Below are positions 48,999 to 59,163 of a stretch of DNA of 64,000 nt, piece by piece. Every line of letters begins with the position of its first letter. Positions within the stretch are counted from its first letter, which is position 1. Origin of the DNA: an uncultured Verrucomicrobiales bacterium. GTDB lineage: Bacteria; Verrucomicrobiota; Verrucomicrobiia; JADLBR01; JAIBCM01. Under the pieces are notes generated by a model. It saw only the letters and a list, made by a program, of their open reading frames with translations, was not told the origin of the DNA and did not search any database. Position numbers and translations under genes: made by a program. Location: positions 699-64,698 of the forward strand of contig CAYSZK010000001.1 in assembly GCA_964435495.1 (NCBI GenBank), given 5' to 3'.

Positions 48999-51404
48999 TT
49001 ACCCGGGGGGGACGACGAGGGAGCCCGGGGGATGCTCTTCGATGTCGGAGGCGAGGATGATTTTGCGTGCCTGCCATGGGGTCAGCCCCTCGAAGAACGG
49101 GGATTTGGCGAGCAGGGCGGTGCGGAGGTGGAGGCCGACGATGTCCCAGAGCGTGACGACGCGGGTGTGGCCGAAGAAGAGGGGGGTGACAAGCATTTCG
49201 GTGGCGAGCGCGACGAGCATGACGCCGGCGCTGAGGAGGCCGAATTCGCGGACGGGCTGGAAACTGGAGAGGCCGAGGACGGCGAAACCGGCGCCGAGGG
49301 CGAGGGATGTGGCGGTGATGGGGACCAGCTCGTCGCGGATGGCGGTGCGCATCCCGGCGCGTTCGTCCTTGAGGCGGCGGGCCTCGCGGTTGAAATGGAC
49401 GAGCAGGTGCATCGTGTCGTCCACGGCGATGCCCAGCGTGATGGCGGCGACCATGCAGGTGCCGACGTTGAGGGTGATGCCGGCGGCGCCCATGGCGCCG
49501 AAGATGGCGAGGACGGGGAGCATGTTTGCGACGACCGTGAGCGCTCCGCAACGCCAGGAAAGGAAAAGGACCCCGACGATGAGAAAAAGCGAGAGCATCA
49601 TGCCGCCGAGGGAAAGGGTCTGCGCCCAGGTGATCGAGTCGGCGCCGCCGGCGAACAGGAGGGCGCGCCCGCCAAGGCTGTACACTACCGGGCCGAATAG
49701 TTGGGCGTCGAGGGCGGCGCGGATGCGGGCGGCGAGGGCGCTGATTTCGCGGCTTTGGTCGAGGTGGCAACGGATCACGAGATTGGCGCGGGCGAGGTCC
49801 GGGGTGAGCAGGCTCTTGTATTCGGCGGGGTGGGCGAAGAGGAGAAGCTGGCGGACGGCGGCGGCGGTGGCGGGGACGGTCTGGTGGACGGGATCGCCGT
49901 CGTGGATCTGGCCGTTGATGCGGGCGAGGAGCCCGGCGGCGGACATGACGCTGTCCACGCCTTCCTGTTTGCGGAGGAAATCGGCGATGGCGGCCACCTG
50001 GCGGAGGGCTTGGGGATCGGCGAAGGCGCCTGGGGCGGCGTGGAGGGTGAGGTTGAGGACTTGGAGGCCTGGGAGGCGGGCGGTGAGGCGGTTGTTGTTG
50101 AGGATGACGGGGGAGTCCGTGCGGAAGAAGGCGCGGAAGTTGTTGCTGACCTCGATGCGGACGGCGAGGAAAATGGATGCGGCGGCGAGGAGGGCGAGCC
50201 CGGCGAGGACGGCGCGAGTGTGGCGGAACAGGAGCCGGTCCAGCCAGGCGACGATCCGGTCGGGCCAGGTGCGGCGGGAGGGGGCGCGGTTGCCGTGGAG
50301 GAGCGGGGCGGCGAAGCGGAAGCAGGCGGGGAGGAAGAGGATGGAGACCAGGAACCGGGCGGTCATGGCGAGCGCGGCGGCGATGCCAAACTCGCGGAGG
50401 ATGGGGACATTGCTGGTGGCGGTGGAGGCGAACCCGAGGATGGTGGTGCCGGAGGTGAGGGCGAGGGCGAGGCTGATGCGGCGGGCGGCGTGTTCGACGG
50501 CCTGGCGCGGGGACGCGCCCGTTTGGAGGTGTTCCCGGAACTCGTGGATGATGTGGATGTCGCTGGTGGCGCCGATGACGAGGACGAGGGCGGGCAGGAT
50601 GTAGTTGAGGGGGTTGACAGGCAGGCCGATGGCCGCCATGGCTGCGCCGGTCCAGAGGACGGCGATGGCGGCGTTGAGGATCGGGAAAACCGCGGCGGGC
50701 AGGCTGCGCAGAGTAAAGATCAGGAGGGCGAAAAGGACACCGAGAGACAGGGGGAGCAGCACGGCCTGGTCGCGGACCAACTGGCGGCGCAGCCAAGTCT
50801 CGGACGCCGGCGCGCCCGCGTAGAAAAGCGCGGCGAAATCGCCGGTGAACTCCGCAAGGACATGCTCGACCGCGGCCGTGACCCGTTCGGCGGGAGGCGC
50901 ATCCGGGCCGTCGGGGAGGTGAAGGAGGAAGAGCGTGGCTTCGCCGTCCTGGGAGACCACCTGGCCGGTGAGGAGCGGGTTGGCGATGACGCGGGCGCGG
51001 AGGGCGGCGGCGGCTTCGGGGGTGGCGGGTGGGGAGGCGATGGCGGGGCCGGTTTCCAGGATGCCGTTTTCGTTGCGGATATCGGAGAGGTTGAAGAGGC
51101 TTTCGACGCGGGAGAAGACGGGAAGGGCGGCGAGGCGGTCGTGAAGGGCGCGCAGGCGCGCGAGGCGTGCGGGGGAGAAGAGAGCGGCATCTTCCGCATA
51201 GACGGCGGAGGGTTCGCCGCCGCCGAAGTGGCTGCGCAGCGTGTTCCATTCGTCGCGTTCGCGGCTGGCGGCGGGGATGAGCGCATCGCCGGAGACTTCG
51301 ACGCGGACCTGGCGGGCGACGGGAAGGGCGAGGACCGTGGCGAGGATTACGGCCAGGGCGATCCAGCGGGCCTGGTCAAACGCGAAAAGGGGAATCCGCC
51401 ACAC
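48999..51404 (-). CDS. MMPL/RND-superfamily transporter with the start of a C-terminal cNMP-binding domain
   Basis: It has 12 predicted TM helices in two 6-TM bundles with periplasmic loops. The C-terminal …FFEGLTPWQARKIILASDIEEHPPGSLVV is the N-terminal half of a cNMP-binding domain. Confidence 0.75.
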   Translation of the reverse strand: MWRIPLFAFDQARWIALAVILATVLALPVARQVRVEVSGDALIPAASRERDEWNTLRSHFGGGEPSAVYAEDAALFSPARLARLRALHDRLAALPVFSRVESLFNLSDIRNENGILETGPAIASPPATPEAAAALRARVIANPLLTGQVVSQDGEATLFLLHLPDGPDAPPAERVTAAVEHVLAEFTGDFAALFYAGAPASETWLRRQLVRDQAVLLPLSLGVLFALLIFTLRSLPAAVFPILNAAIAVLWTGAAMAAIGLPVNPLNYILPALVLVIGATSDIHIIHEFREHLQTGASPRQAVEHAARRISLALALTSGTTILGFASTATSNVPILREFGIAAALAMTARFLVSILFLPACFRFAAPLLHGNRAPSRRTWPDRIVAWLDRLLFRHTRAVLAGLALLAAASIFLAVRIEVSNNFRAFFRTDSPVILNNNRLTARLPGLQVLNLTLHAAPGAFADPQALRQVAAIADFLRKQEGVDSVMSAAGLLARINGQIHDGDPVHQTVPATAAAVRQLLLFAHPAEYKSLLTPDLARANLVIRCHLDQSREISALAARIRAALDAQLFGPVVYSLGGRALLFAGGADSITWAQTLSLGGMMLSLFLIVGVLFLSWRCGALTVVANMLPVLAIFGAMGAAGITLNVGTCMVAAITLGIAVDDTMHLLVHFNREARRLKDERAGMRTAIRDELVPITATSLALGAGFAVLGLSSFQPVREFGLLSAGVMLVALATEMLVTPLFFGHTRVVTLWDIVGLHLRTALLAKSPFFEGLTPWQARKIILASDIEEHPPGSLVVPPG

Positions 51405-51434
51405 AACCGGGCCGCGCTCCTTAGCCGCCGAACC

Positions 51435-52331
51435 TCATTCGAGCGTGACGGTCATGCCAAACTGAAAGATGAACTCCTCGACATCCTCCGGCTTCCATTT
51501 TTCCTGGAAATCCGTGGAGAAGAGATGGTCTTCAAATTTTTCATTGAGGCGCCCTTCGACGACAAGAAACTCGGTGAAACTGCCGCGGGCGAAATCCTTC
51601 ATGATGGCGGATTTGGGGCGGGTGGTCTTGCCCTTGACGTCGGGGGAGCGGTAGCCGGAGGCTTCGAGGGCCTTGATTTTCCCGCCGTTGGGGCCGTAGA
51701 ACTCGGCCTTGAGCAGGTCGAACGTCTCCTGGTCAAGGAACAGGTCGCGATGGGCGTAGGCGCTGGATTTGGAGGCGCGGGACTCAATGGCGCGGACGAC
51801 GTAACATTTGCGGTTGTCCACCACGGCGTCTTCGAGGCGTTCGTAGGTGTGGGCGGAAGGCATCTCCTCCAGGAGGTCTTCGTAGGTGAAATCGGAGCCG
51901 AGGAAGGCGGAGGAGCGGGCGCCCCCGGCGAGATCCTTGGATTTCCCGACGGCGGGGAGGAAGAAAAACTGTTTGAGGCCGGCCACCGGGTCGTTGACGG
52001 CGAGGACGGTGACGCCTTCGACGTCCTTGGGGCGAACCATGCGCAGGAAGTAGGATTGGCCGCCGCTGGGATTGGTGCGATAGACGACGAGGAATCGATG
52101 TTCCTTTTCGGGGGCGCCGGGCACGCTGGTGGTCATTTTGATGAAGGCCATTTCCGAATCGCTCTTCTTTGTGGCGATCCAGCGCTCGATGATCTCGTTG
52201 GCCGGCGGCGTGGCGGCGGGGGCGTCCACGGCGTTCGCGCGCGGCACGGGGACGGCGCCGAGGGCTCCGGCTGCGAAGGTGATGGCGGCAAGGGCCGCAC
52301 TGCGTGAAGGATTCCACTCCCGAGGCTTCAT
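51435..52331 (-). CDS. outer-membrane lipoprotein-sorting (LolA-like) fold protein
   Basis: It has a signal peptide and is immediately upstream of and co-directional with the MMPL transporter. The family call is by pattern only. Confidence 0.5.
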   Translation of the reverse strand: MKPREWNPSRSAALAAITFAAGALGAVPVPRANAVDAPAATPPANEIIERWIATKKSDSEMAFIKMTTSVPGAPEKEHRFLVVYRTNPSGGQSYFLRMVRPKDVEGVTVLAVNDPVAGLKQFFFLPAVGKSKDLAGGARSSAFLGSDFTYEDLLEEMPSAHTYERLEDAVVDNRKCYVVRAIESRASKSSAYAHRDLFLDQETFDLLKAEFYGPNGGKIKALEASGYRSPDVKGKTTRPKSAIMKDFARGSFTEFLVVEGRLNEKFEDHLFSTDFQEKWKPEDVEEFIFQFGMTVTLE

Positions 52332-52503
52332 TTGGCCGGAAAGATGCCTTCCGGGGGCGGGTGGTCAAACGAAATTGACAGATTCGCGGATGGCGAAATC
52401 GGCGGCAGCCGCGTGCGCCTCCCCAATCCTGGCGGTCCGAGGCAGAGCGGCGCAAAACGGGCGCACCGCGCGCATGGGCGATCGTCAGGAATGGGGCGTG
52501 TGT

Positions 52504-53586
52504 CTATTGGCTTCCGACCTGTCCGGTGGCGGCGGTGTCGGCGGCGGATTTCGCGGTATCGCCGCGAAGGGTCCAGACGCGGGCGCGCTCGCGCAAGGCT
52601 CGGGCGTGGTCGGGGTCCGCGGCAAGGGCGTGTTCGAGGGCCTCGGTGGCCTTGGGGAGGTCGCCTGTGGCCGCAAGGAGGATGCCTTGGAGCGTCCAAA
52701 CGTCGGCGGGAACGGCTTTGAGCCGGAGAAGCGGCGCGAGGACGGCGAGGGCATCGTCGTGGCGGGCAAGGGTGTTGAGCACGACCGCGTGATTGTACGC
52801 GATGGCGGAGTCGCCGGGCCGGAGGATTCCCGCGCGGCGCAGATCGGCTTCGATGATCTCACCCATCTGCGTGCGCACAACGCCGCGGGAGGCGAGCGCG
52901 CCGGCGTCCTTGGGATCGTTCAGGATGATGAAGTCATAATCCGCCACGGCGCCCTTCCAGTCTTTGAGGAAGCCGTGGATCTGGGCGCGCATCTTTCGGG
53001 CGGGCATGGCGTCCGGGGCCGAATCGATGGCGCGGTCGAGATCGCGGCGGGCGTCTTCGAACCGGCGCTGGCTCATGAAAACCTTGGCGCGGAGAAAAAG
53101 GCACGCGGGGTCGCTGGGCTCGGATTCGATCCCCTTGTCAAGGTCCGCCAAGACGGCGCCGATCCGGGCCGCCCGCAGATGAATGGCGGCCCGGAGGCAA
53201 AGCGCGGGCGCGGAGCGCGGATCGCGGGCGAGAACGAAGTTCACGCGGGCCTCGGCCCCCGCGGTGTCGCCCCTTGAAAAAAGTTCAGCGGCCTCTTTGA
53301 GCGGCTGGGGTGGGGGCGTCGGACCAAAACTCCGAACCGAGTCCCTGTAGGAAGCGTGGGTGGAAAGATTGGTGCGAATGAACTCGGCGGCGCGCGCGGG
53401 GGTGACATCCTGAATTGCAATAGGCGGTTCTGTGTGCGCGCTGGATGTCTGGTGGCGGCGCGCAAGCGGCCAGAGAACGGCTGCCGCGGCGGCAAGGGCC
53501 ACGGCGGCGGCCGCCGCGACCGGGGGCGGAACCCTTTGCAGTGTGCGCCAAGCGCCGGCCCTGATTGAACTTCTTCGCGACCCCAT
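52504..53586 (-). CDS. tetratricopeptide repeat protein
   Basis: An N-terminal TM/signal is followed by multiple TPR units. Confidence 0.6.
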   Translation of the reverse strand: MGSRRSSIRAGAWRTLQRVPPPVAAAAAVALAAAAAVLWPLARRHQTSSAHTEPPIAIQDVTPARAAEFIRTNLSTHASYRDSVRSFGPTPPPQPLKEAAELFSRGDTAGAEARVNFVLARDPRSAPALCLRAAIHLRAARIGAVLADLDKGIESEPSDPACLFLRAKVFMSQRRFEDARRDLDRAIDSAPDAMPARKMRAQIHGFLKDWKGAVADYDFIILNDPKDAGALASRGVVRTQMGEIIEADLRRAGILRPGDSAIAYNHAVVLNTLARHDDALAVLAPLLRLKAVPADVWTLQGILLAATGDLPKATEALEHALAADPDHARALRERARVWTLRGDTAKSAADTAATGQVGSQ

Positions 53587-53892
53587 GGGAAGGACGGTAC
53601 CAAGCGGGAGGCGACCTGTCTATAAAAAATACAATATACACGTATTTGAGGTTTTGCTTAAATGTGGCGCATCGCTGCTAATCTTGGCGATTGGGGGGGC
53701 GCCAAGGCGTTCGGCTGGCTCAGGCGGATCGCCGTTGGCGGCATGCGGCCGTTCGGTCCGTGCGGGGAGTGGATCAAGGGACGGTTTGAGGAGCGGCATT
53801 GGCGAACCAGGGAAGAGGGAATAGGAAGTGTGGGACGGGGGCCATGGCCGCCGCCGCATGAATCCCGGCGCCCGCCTGGGAGAGGCCCGCCC

Positions 53893-55992
53893 TCACGCGG
53901 CGTCGATCCATTTTTCTTCGTTGCCGTGTTGGAGGGCGTGGACGCGGGCGCGGAGGGGGAGGTTGGCGGGGGTTGTGAGGGCGGGATCGAGGTTCACGAG
54001 TTCGCGGGCGGCGAGTTGGGCCGCGCGGATGATGGGGAGGTCTGTGTGAAGGTTGCCGAGGCGGAAGGGTGCGGCGCCGCTTTGCAATTTGCCCATGAGA
54101 TCGCCGGTGCCGCGGAGCTGGAGGTCGGCCTCGGCGATGCGGAAGCCGTCGCGGGTTTGTTCGAGGACCTTGAGCCTTCGCCAGGCGGGGGACTCCTCGT
54201 CGGCGGTGACGAGGACGCACCAGGACTTGTGGGCGCCGCGGCCGACGCGCCCGCGGAGCTGGTGGAGCTGGGCGAGGCCGAAGCGTTCGGCGTTTTCGAT
54301 GACGATGACGGAGGCGTTGGGGACATCGACGCCGACCTCGATGACGGTGGTGGCGACGAGAACGGCGGCACGGCCGTCGCGGAAGGCGCGCATGACGGCG
54401 TCGCGGGCTTCGGGGTCAAGGCGTCCGTGGAGCTCGGCGACAGTGTGGGGGGCGAGGCGTTGGCGGAGGCGTGCGGCTTCCTGGCGGACGGTTTTGATTT
54501 CGGCGGCGGCGGATTCGATGTGGGGATAGACGACGTAGGCCTGGCGTCCGGCGGCGCACTCGGCCTTGACGAAGTCCCAAATTTTTTCGAGGGCGGCGGG
54601 GGAGCGGACGGCGGTGAGGAGCGGGCCGCGTCCGCGGGGGAGTTCGTCGATGACGGAGACATCGAGGCCGCCATAGACCGTCAAGGCCAGCGTGCGGGGG
54701 ATGGGTGTGGCGGTCATGACAAGGGTATGGGGGGCGCGGCCTTTGGCGCGGAGGCGGGCGCGTTGTTCGACGCCGAACTTGTGTTGTTCGTCGATGACGG
54801 CGAGGGCGAGGTTTTCGAGGGGCGCGTTGTCCTGGAAGAGCGCATGGGTGCCCGTCCACAGGCGGGGTTGGAAAAAAATGTCGGGGCGCGATTTCTCGGA
54901 GCCGGTGAAGAGGCCGACTTCGAGGCCGAGGCCCTGGACGAGGCGTTTGAGGGTGGCGTGGTGCTGGCGGGCGAGGATTTCGGTGGGGGCCATGAGGACG
55001 GCGGTGGCGCCGGCTTCGGCGGCGTGGAGCATGGCGAGGGCGGCGACGAGCGTTTTGCCGGAGCCGACGTCGCCCTGGAGGAGGCGGTTCATGGGCGCGG
55101 GGGCGCGCATGTCGGCGAGGATTTCGCGCAGGGCGCGGGCCTGGGCCTGGGTTGGAGTGAGCCCGGAGGCTTCGAGGGCGGCGGCGGCGAGGCGGCCCGG
55201 GGTTTTGATGGGAAGGGCGGGGGATTGGCGGGCGCGGGCGCGGCGCTGGGCCACTGCTGTTTGCCAGACGAGGAACTCGTCGAAGGCAAGGCGGCGGCGG
55301 GCGATTTCGGCGGCGCTGCGGGACGAGGGGAAATGGAGGGCATCGACGGCATCGCGCCATTCGATGGGGGGCGCGGCGGGGAGGCGCCAAGGGGCGGAGT
55401 CGCGGGGGATGGAGCGGAGCGTGCGAAAGATGACGGCACGGTAGAGGCGCTGGCCGAGGCCTTCGGTGGTGGAGTAGATGGGGACGATGCGGTCGGTGTG
55501 GATTTGGCGGTCTTCGTCTTCGGGAACGATCTCCCATTCGGGCATATCGAGCATCCAGCGGCGGCCCTGGCGTTTGAGTTTGCCGAAGACGCAGAGCGTG
55601 GGGGGTTGCGGGGTGAAGGTTTTGGCGAGGTAGGGGACGTTGAACCAGCGGAGGATGACCGCCTGGGAGGGGTCGGCTTCACAGGCGCCGCGGAGCTCGA
55701 CGACGGCGCGTCCGAAGCGGAGGCGCCGGAGGGCGGCGGGGCCGGCGGGGCGGAAGCGGAGGGCGGTCCATGCGCCTTCCTCCCAGTGGTCCGGGGGGCG
55801 GAGGCGGCGGTCCTCGTAGCGGCGGGGTTTGGTGAAGAGCAGGTCGCCGGCGGTGAGGATGTCGAGGCGGGCGAAGAGCGCGGCGCGGACGGGGCCGACG
55901 GGGGGGATGGCGTCGAGGGGCAGGTCAAGGCTGAAGGGCGCGGAGTTCAGAATGGGGAAAATGGCAGCGTTGGGCGTCCGCCGCAATCCCAT
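53893..55992 (-). CDS. recG: ATP-dependent DNA helicase RecG
   Basis: A wedge domain is followed by helicase motifs (GDVGSGKT Walker A, DEQH, SAT, QLRGRVGRG). Confidence 0.9.
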   Translation of the reverse strand: MGLRRTPNAAIFPILNSAPFSLDLPLDAIPPVGPVRAALFARLDILTAGDLLFTKPRRYEDRRLRPPDHWEEGAWTALRFRPAGPAALRRLRFGRAVVELRGACEADPSQAVILRWFNVPYLAKTFTPQPPTLCVFGKLKRQGRRWMLDMPEWEIVPEDEDRQIHTDRIVPIYSTTEGLGQRLYRAVIFRTLRSIPRDSAPWRLPAAPPIEWRDAVDALHFPSSRSAAEIARRRLAFDEFLVWQTAVAQRRARARQSPALPIKTPGRLAAAALEASGLTPTQAQARALREILADMRAPAPMNRLLQGDVGSGKTLVAALAMLHAAEAGATAVLMAPTEILARQHHATLKRLVQGLGLEVGLFTGSEKSRPDIFFQPRLWTGTHALFQDNAPLENLALAVIDEQHKFGVEQRARLRAKGRAPHTLVMTATPIPRTLALTVYGGLDVSVIDELPRGRGPLLTAVRSPAALEKIWDFVKAECAAGRQAYVVYPHIESAAAEIKTVRQEAARLRQRLAPHTVAELHGRLDPEARDAVMRAFRDGRAAVLVATTVIEVGVDVPNASVIVIENAERFGLAQLHQLRGRVGRGAHKSWCVLVTADEESPAWRRLKVLEQTRDGFRIAEADLQLRGTGDLMGKLQSGAAPFRLGNLHTDLPIIRAAQLAARELVNLDPALTTPANLPLRARVHALQHGNEEKWIDAA

Positions 55993-56026
55993 TGCCCTCC
56001 GGCAAAAGCCTGTCTAGTCTGGGGGC

Positions 56027-56512
56027 TTGAAGACATTGGCACTTGCCTGGGTTCTGGCGGCGCTGGCGGCGGGGTTCGCCCTGGCGCAGGATCCGTCCGC
56101 CGACGAGGAGGCGGCCCCGGAAAAGGACCGGCTTGAGGAGCTAGCGCGGCCCGGGGCGGCGGTGAAGGGGTTTAGCGTGCCGGATTTCGACGCGACCGGG
56201 GCGTTGCGCGGGAGGCTGACGGGGATTACGGCGGTGATGGTGGACGATCACACTTTGAAGGTGCAGGGAATCCGGTACCAGCAGATGACGAACGGGCGGG
56301 TGCTGGTGGGCATTGAGGTGCCGGAGTGTTTGTTTGACCAGCGGACCCAGACGGTGACAACGCACGAGTTTGTGAAGGTGGAGCGGCAGGGTGTGTCGAT
56401 TTCGGGGCGCGGGTTTTTCTGGAGTGTGCCGCACCAGCGGGGCAGCATCCAATCCAACGTCGTGATGGTGATTCACGACATTGAAAAGGGCTTGGTGAAG
56501 AGGGATAAATGA
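56027..56512 (+). CDS. lptC: LptC-like periplasmic LPS-transport protein
   Basis: It is a small signal-peptide protein immediately upstream of lptA-lptB. Sequence similarity is weak. Confidence 0.45.
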   Translation: MKTLALAWVLAALAAGFALAQDPSADEEAAPEKDRLEELARPGAAVKGFSVPDFDATGALRGRLTGITAVMVDDHTLKVQGIRYQQMTNGRVLVGIEVPECLFDQRTQTVTTHEFVKVERQGVSISGRGFFWSVPHQRGSIQSNVVMVIHDIEKGLVKRDK

Positions 56513-57144
56513 AGGCGTGGCATGGAAACAGGCGGGCCGTGGCGGCCGCGGGGCTGGCCGGGGCGCTGGCGGCGCTGGCCGGGGTGGCGGCGCGGGCGCA
56601 ATTCAGTCCGGTGCCCGAGCCGGCGGCGCCCGCGGCGGTCGGGACGGGGGCGGTGGCCGCGCCGGTGGCGGGGACCAATTCGGCGACGATAGTGACGGCG
56701 GACCGGTTGGACGCGGACCTTCTCAATCGGACGGCGGTATTCCGGGGGAACGTGACCGTGCGGGACGCGGCGTTCCAGATGCGGTCGGATGAGATGACCG
56801 TGTCCTTCAACAACGGGCAGAACGGGGTGGACTCGATCCACGCGAAAGGGCGCGTGGTGATCACGCAGCAGGACAAGTCCGCGTCGGCGGACGAGGCGAT
56901 TTACGTGATCCGGGAGGAAAAGATCGTGTTGAACGGAAGCCCGAAGGTGCAACAGGGGGCGAACACGCTGACGGGGGCGAGCATAACCTTTTACCGGAAC
57001 GAGAACCGGGTGCAGGTGGACGGGCGGACGATCCTGTTGATCCAGAATCCCGGGGCGCTGGGGACGTTTACGCCAAAGCCGCAGGCGCCGTCGCCGCCAC
57101 AGGTTCCGGCGGCGCCGGGCGGGCCGGGGGTTGGAGCGCCCTGA
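56509..57144 (+). CDS. lptA: LPS transport periplasmic protein LptA (OstA-like)
   Basis: A signal peptide is followed by OstA-like beta-jellyroll motifs (ADRLDAD…TAVFRGNVTV…). It overlaps lptC by ATGA. Confidence 0.6.
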   Translation: MKAWHGNRRAVAAAGLAGALAALAGVAARAQFSPVPEPAAPAAVGTGAVAAPVAGTNSATIVTADRLDADLLNRTAVFRGNVTVRDAAFQMRSDEMTVSFNNGQNGVDSIHAKGRVVITQQDKSASADEAIYVIREEKIVLNGSPKVQQGANTLTGASITFYRNENRVQVDGRTILLIQNPGALGTFTPKPQAPSPPQVPAAPGGPGVGAP

Positions 57145-57160
57145 GGGCGAAGGAGGCGGG

Positions 57161-57883
57161 ATGGATTTGTTGCAGACGAGCGATTTACAGAAGGCCTACG
57201 GGGGGCGGATGGTGGTGAAGGGGGTGAACATGTCGGTGCAGGCCGGGGAAATCGTGGGGTTGCTGGGGCCCAACGGCGCGGGGAAGACGACGACCTTTTA
57301 CATGATTGTGGGTTTGGTGCCGCCGACGGCTGGGGAGGTGTTTTTCCAGGGGCGGGAGGTATCGCGGGAGCCGATGCACCGGCGGGCGCGGATGGGGATG
57401 GGGTATCTGGCGCAAGAGCCGTCGGTGTTCCGCAAACTGACGGTGGAGGACAACATGATGTCGATTGCGGAGACGATCGCGTGCGGCCGGGAGGAGCGGG
57501 ACGAGCGGGTGGACGCGCTGCTGGGGGAGCTGGGGTTGAGCCATTTGCGCAAGGCGCGGGCGTTCACGTTGTCGGGGGGCGAACGGCGGCGGCTGGAGAT
57601 CGCGCGGGCGCTGATCACGCAGCCGAGTTTTCTGCTTTTGGACGAGCCGTTCAGCGGCGTGGACCCGAAGGCGGTGAACGACGTGCAGGACATCATCCGC
57701 GCGCTGCAGGCGCGGGGGCTGGGGATCTTGATCACCGACCACAACGTGCGGGAGACGTTGTCGGTGTGCAACCGGGCGTACCTGATCTGCGAAGGGCGGG
57801 TGGAGCGGGAGGGGACGAGCGACTTTCTCATCAACGACCCGGTGAGCCGGGACTTGTATCTGGGGCCGAGGTTCTCGATGTGA
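57161..57883 (+). CDS. lptB: LPS export ABC transporter ATP-binding protein LptB
   Basis: GPNGAGKTTTFYMIVGL (Walker A), LSGGERRRLEIARAL (ABC signature) and LLLDEPFSGVDP (Walker B) are present. Confidence 0.9.
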   Translation: MDLLQTSDLQKAYGGRMVVKGVNMSVQAGEIVGLLGPNGAGKTTTFYMIVGLVPPTAGEVFFQGREVSREPMHRRARMGMGYLAQEPSVFRKLTVEDNMMSIAETIACGREERDERVDALLGELGLSHLRKARAFTLSGGERRRLEIARALITQPSFLLLDEPFSGVDPKAVNDVQDIIRALQARGLGILITDHNVRETLSVCNRAYLICEGRVEREGTSDFLINDPVSRDLYLGPRFSM

Positions 57884-57887
57884 CGGC

Positions 57888-58832
57888 ATGAAGCGCGCGC
57901 GGACCCTGATCACGGTTGAGAATTTCTACACGATCCACGCGGGGGCGCTGCATCTGCGGATCATCGCGGGGGCGTCGGGGCTGAAGCGCCCGATCCGGGA
58001 GGGTTCGGTGAACCGTCCGGGGCTGGCGCTGGCGGGGTATTACCGGGATTTTGCGAACAAGCGGGTGCAGGTGATCGGGAAGCACGAGACGGGGTACCTG
58101 AAGAGCCTTCCCGCGGAGGAGCAGCGGCTGCGGATCAAGCAATTTTTCAACCAGCGGATTCCGTGCGTGATCGTGGCGCGGAACCTGCAGCCGCCGCGGA
58201 TGTTCATGCAGGAGGCGGAGGCGCACACCATACCGGTGTTTGCGTCGCCGATGATCACCTACCGGCTGGTAAACGCGGTGACGATCTGCCTGGAGATGGA
58301 TTTTGCGCCGACGGTATCGGAGCACGGGAGCATGGTGGACATCCAGGGGATCGGGGTGTTGATCCGCGGGAAAAGCGGGATCGGGAAGAGCGAAGCGGTG
58401 CTGGGGTTGATCGAGAGGGGATACAGCCTGGTGGCGGACGACGTGACCAAGTTCCGGTTGATTGAGGGGCGGGATTTGGTGGGGACGTCCGACGACCTGG
58501 TGCGGCATCACATGGAAATCCGGGGGTTGGGGATCATCAACGTGGGGACGGTGTTTGGGGTGGGTTCCATCCGGTTGGAGGAGAAACTGGACCTGGTGGT
58601 GACCCTGGTGGAGTGGGACGAGGCCACGGATATCGACCGGACGGGGCTGGACGATTTGTATTACGAAATACTTGGCATTCGCGTGCCGCATGTCATAGTG
58701 CCGATCAAGCCGGCGCGCGATGTGGCGCGTTTGGTGGAAGTGGCCGCGCTGGATGCCAAGCTCAAGCAGATGGGGCATCATTCGGCGCGGGAGTTCAACG
58801 CAAAGTTGTTGGCGGCAATGAAAGCATCGTGA
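57888..58832 (+). CDS. hprK: HPr kinase/phosphorylase
   Basis: The P-loop GKSGIGKSE and HprK C-terminal signatures are present. Confidence 0.9.
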   Translation: MKRARTLITVENFYTIHAGALHLRIIAGASGLKRPIREGSVNRPGLALAGYYRDFANKRVQVIGKHETGYLKSLPAEEQRLRIKQFFNQRIPCVIVARNLQPPRMFMQEAEAHTIPVFASPMITYRLVNAVTICLEMDFAPTVSEHGSMVDIQGIGVLIRGKSGIGKSEAVLGLIERGYSLVADDVTKFRLIEGRDLVGTSDDLVRHHMEIRGLGIINVGTVFGVGSIRLEEKLDLVVTLVEWDEATDIDRTGLDDLYYEILGIRVPHVIVPIKPARDVARLVEVAALDAKLKQMGHHSAREFNAKLLAAMKAS

Positions 58833-58835
58833 GGC

Positions 58836-59129
58836 ATGGTGAAGACAGCGGAAAAGGATAAGAAGGCGTCGCGGGAGATGCTGATCTCGAACAAGCTGGG
58901 CATGCACGCCCGGCCCGCGGCGCTGTTTGTGAAGATGGCCAACCGGTTTGCGTGCGAGGTTTGGGTCGAGAAAGACGGCGAGGAGGTCAACGGCAAGAGC
59001 ATCATGGGCCTGATGATGCTGGCCGCCGGGTGCGGCTCGAAAATCCGGGTGACCGCGACGGGGGACGCCGCCGAGGAGGCCCTGCGGCAACTGGAGGAAC
59101 TGATCAACCGGAAGTTCGACGAGGACTAG
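58836..59129 (+). CDS. ptsH: phosphocarrier protein HPr
   Basis: LGMHARPA contains the active-site His. GKSIMGLMML is the regulatory serine region. Confidence 0.9.
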   Translation: MVKTAEKDKKASREMLISNKLGMHARPAALFVKMANRFACEVWVEKDGEEVNGKSIMGLMMLAAGCGSKIRVTATGDAAEEALRQLEELINRKFDED

Positions 59130-59163
59130 GCGCGGCCGCGTCCCGTCAAAGGAGCCTCAACCC

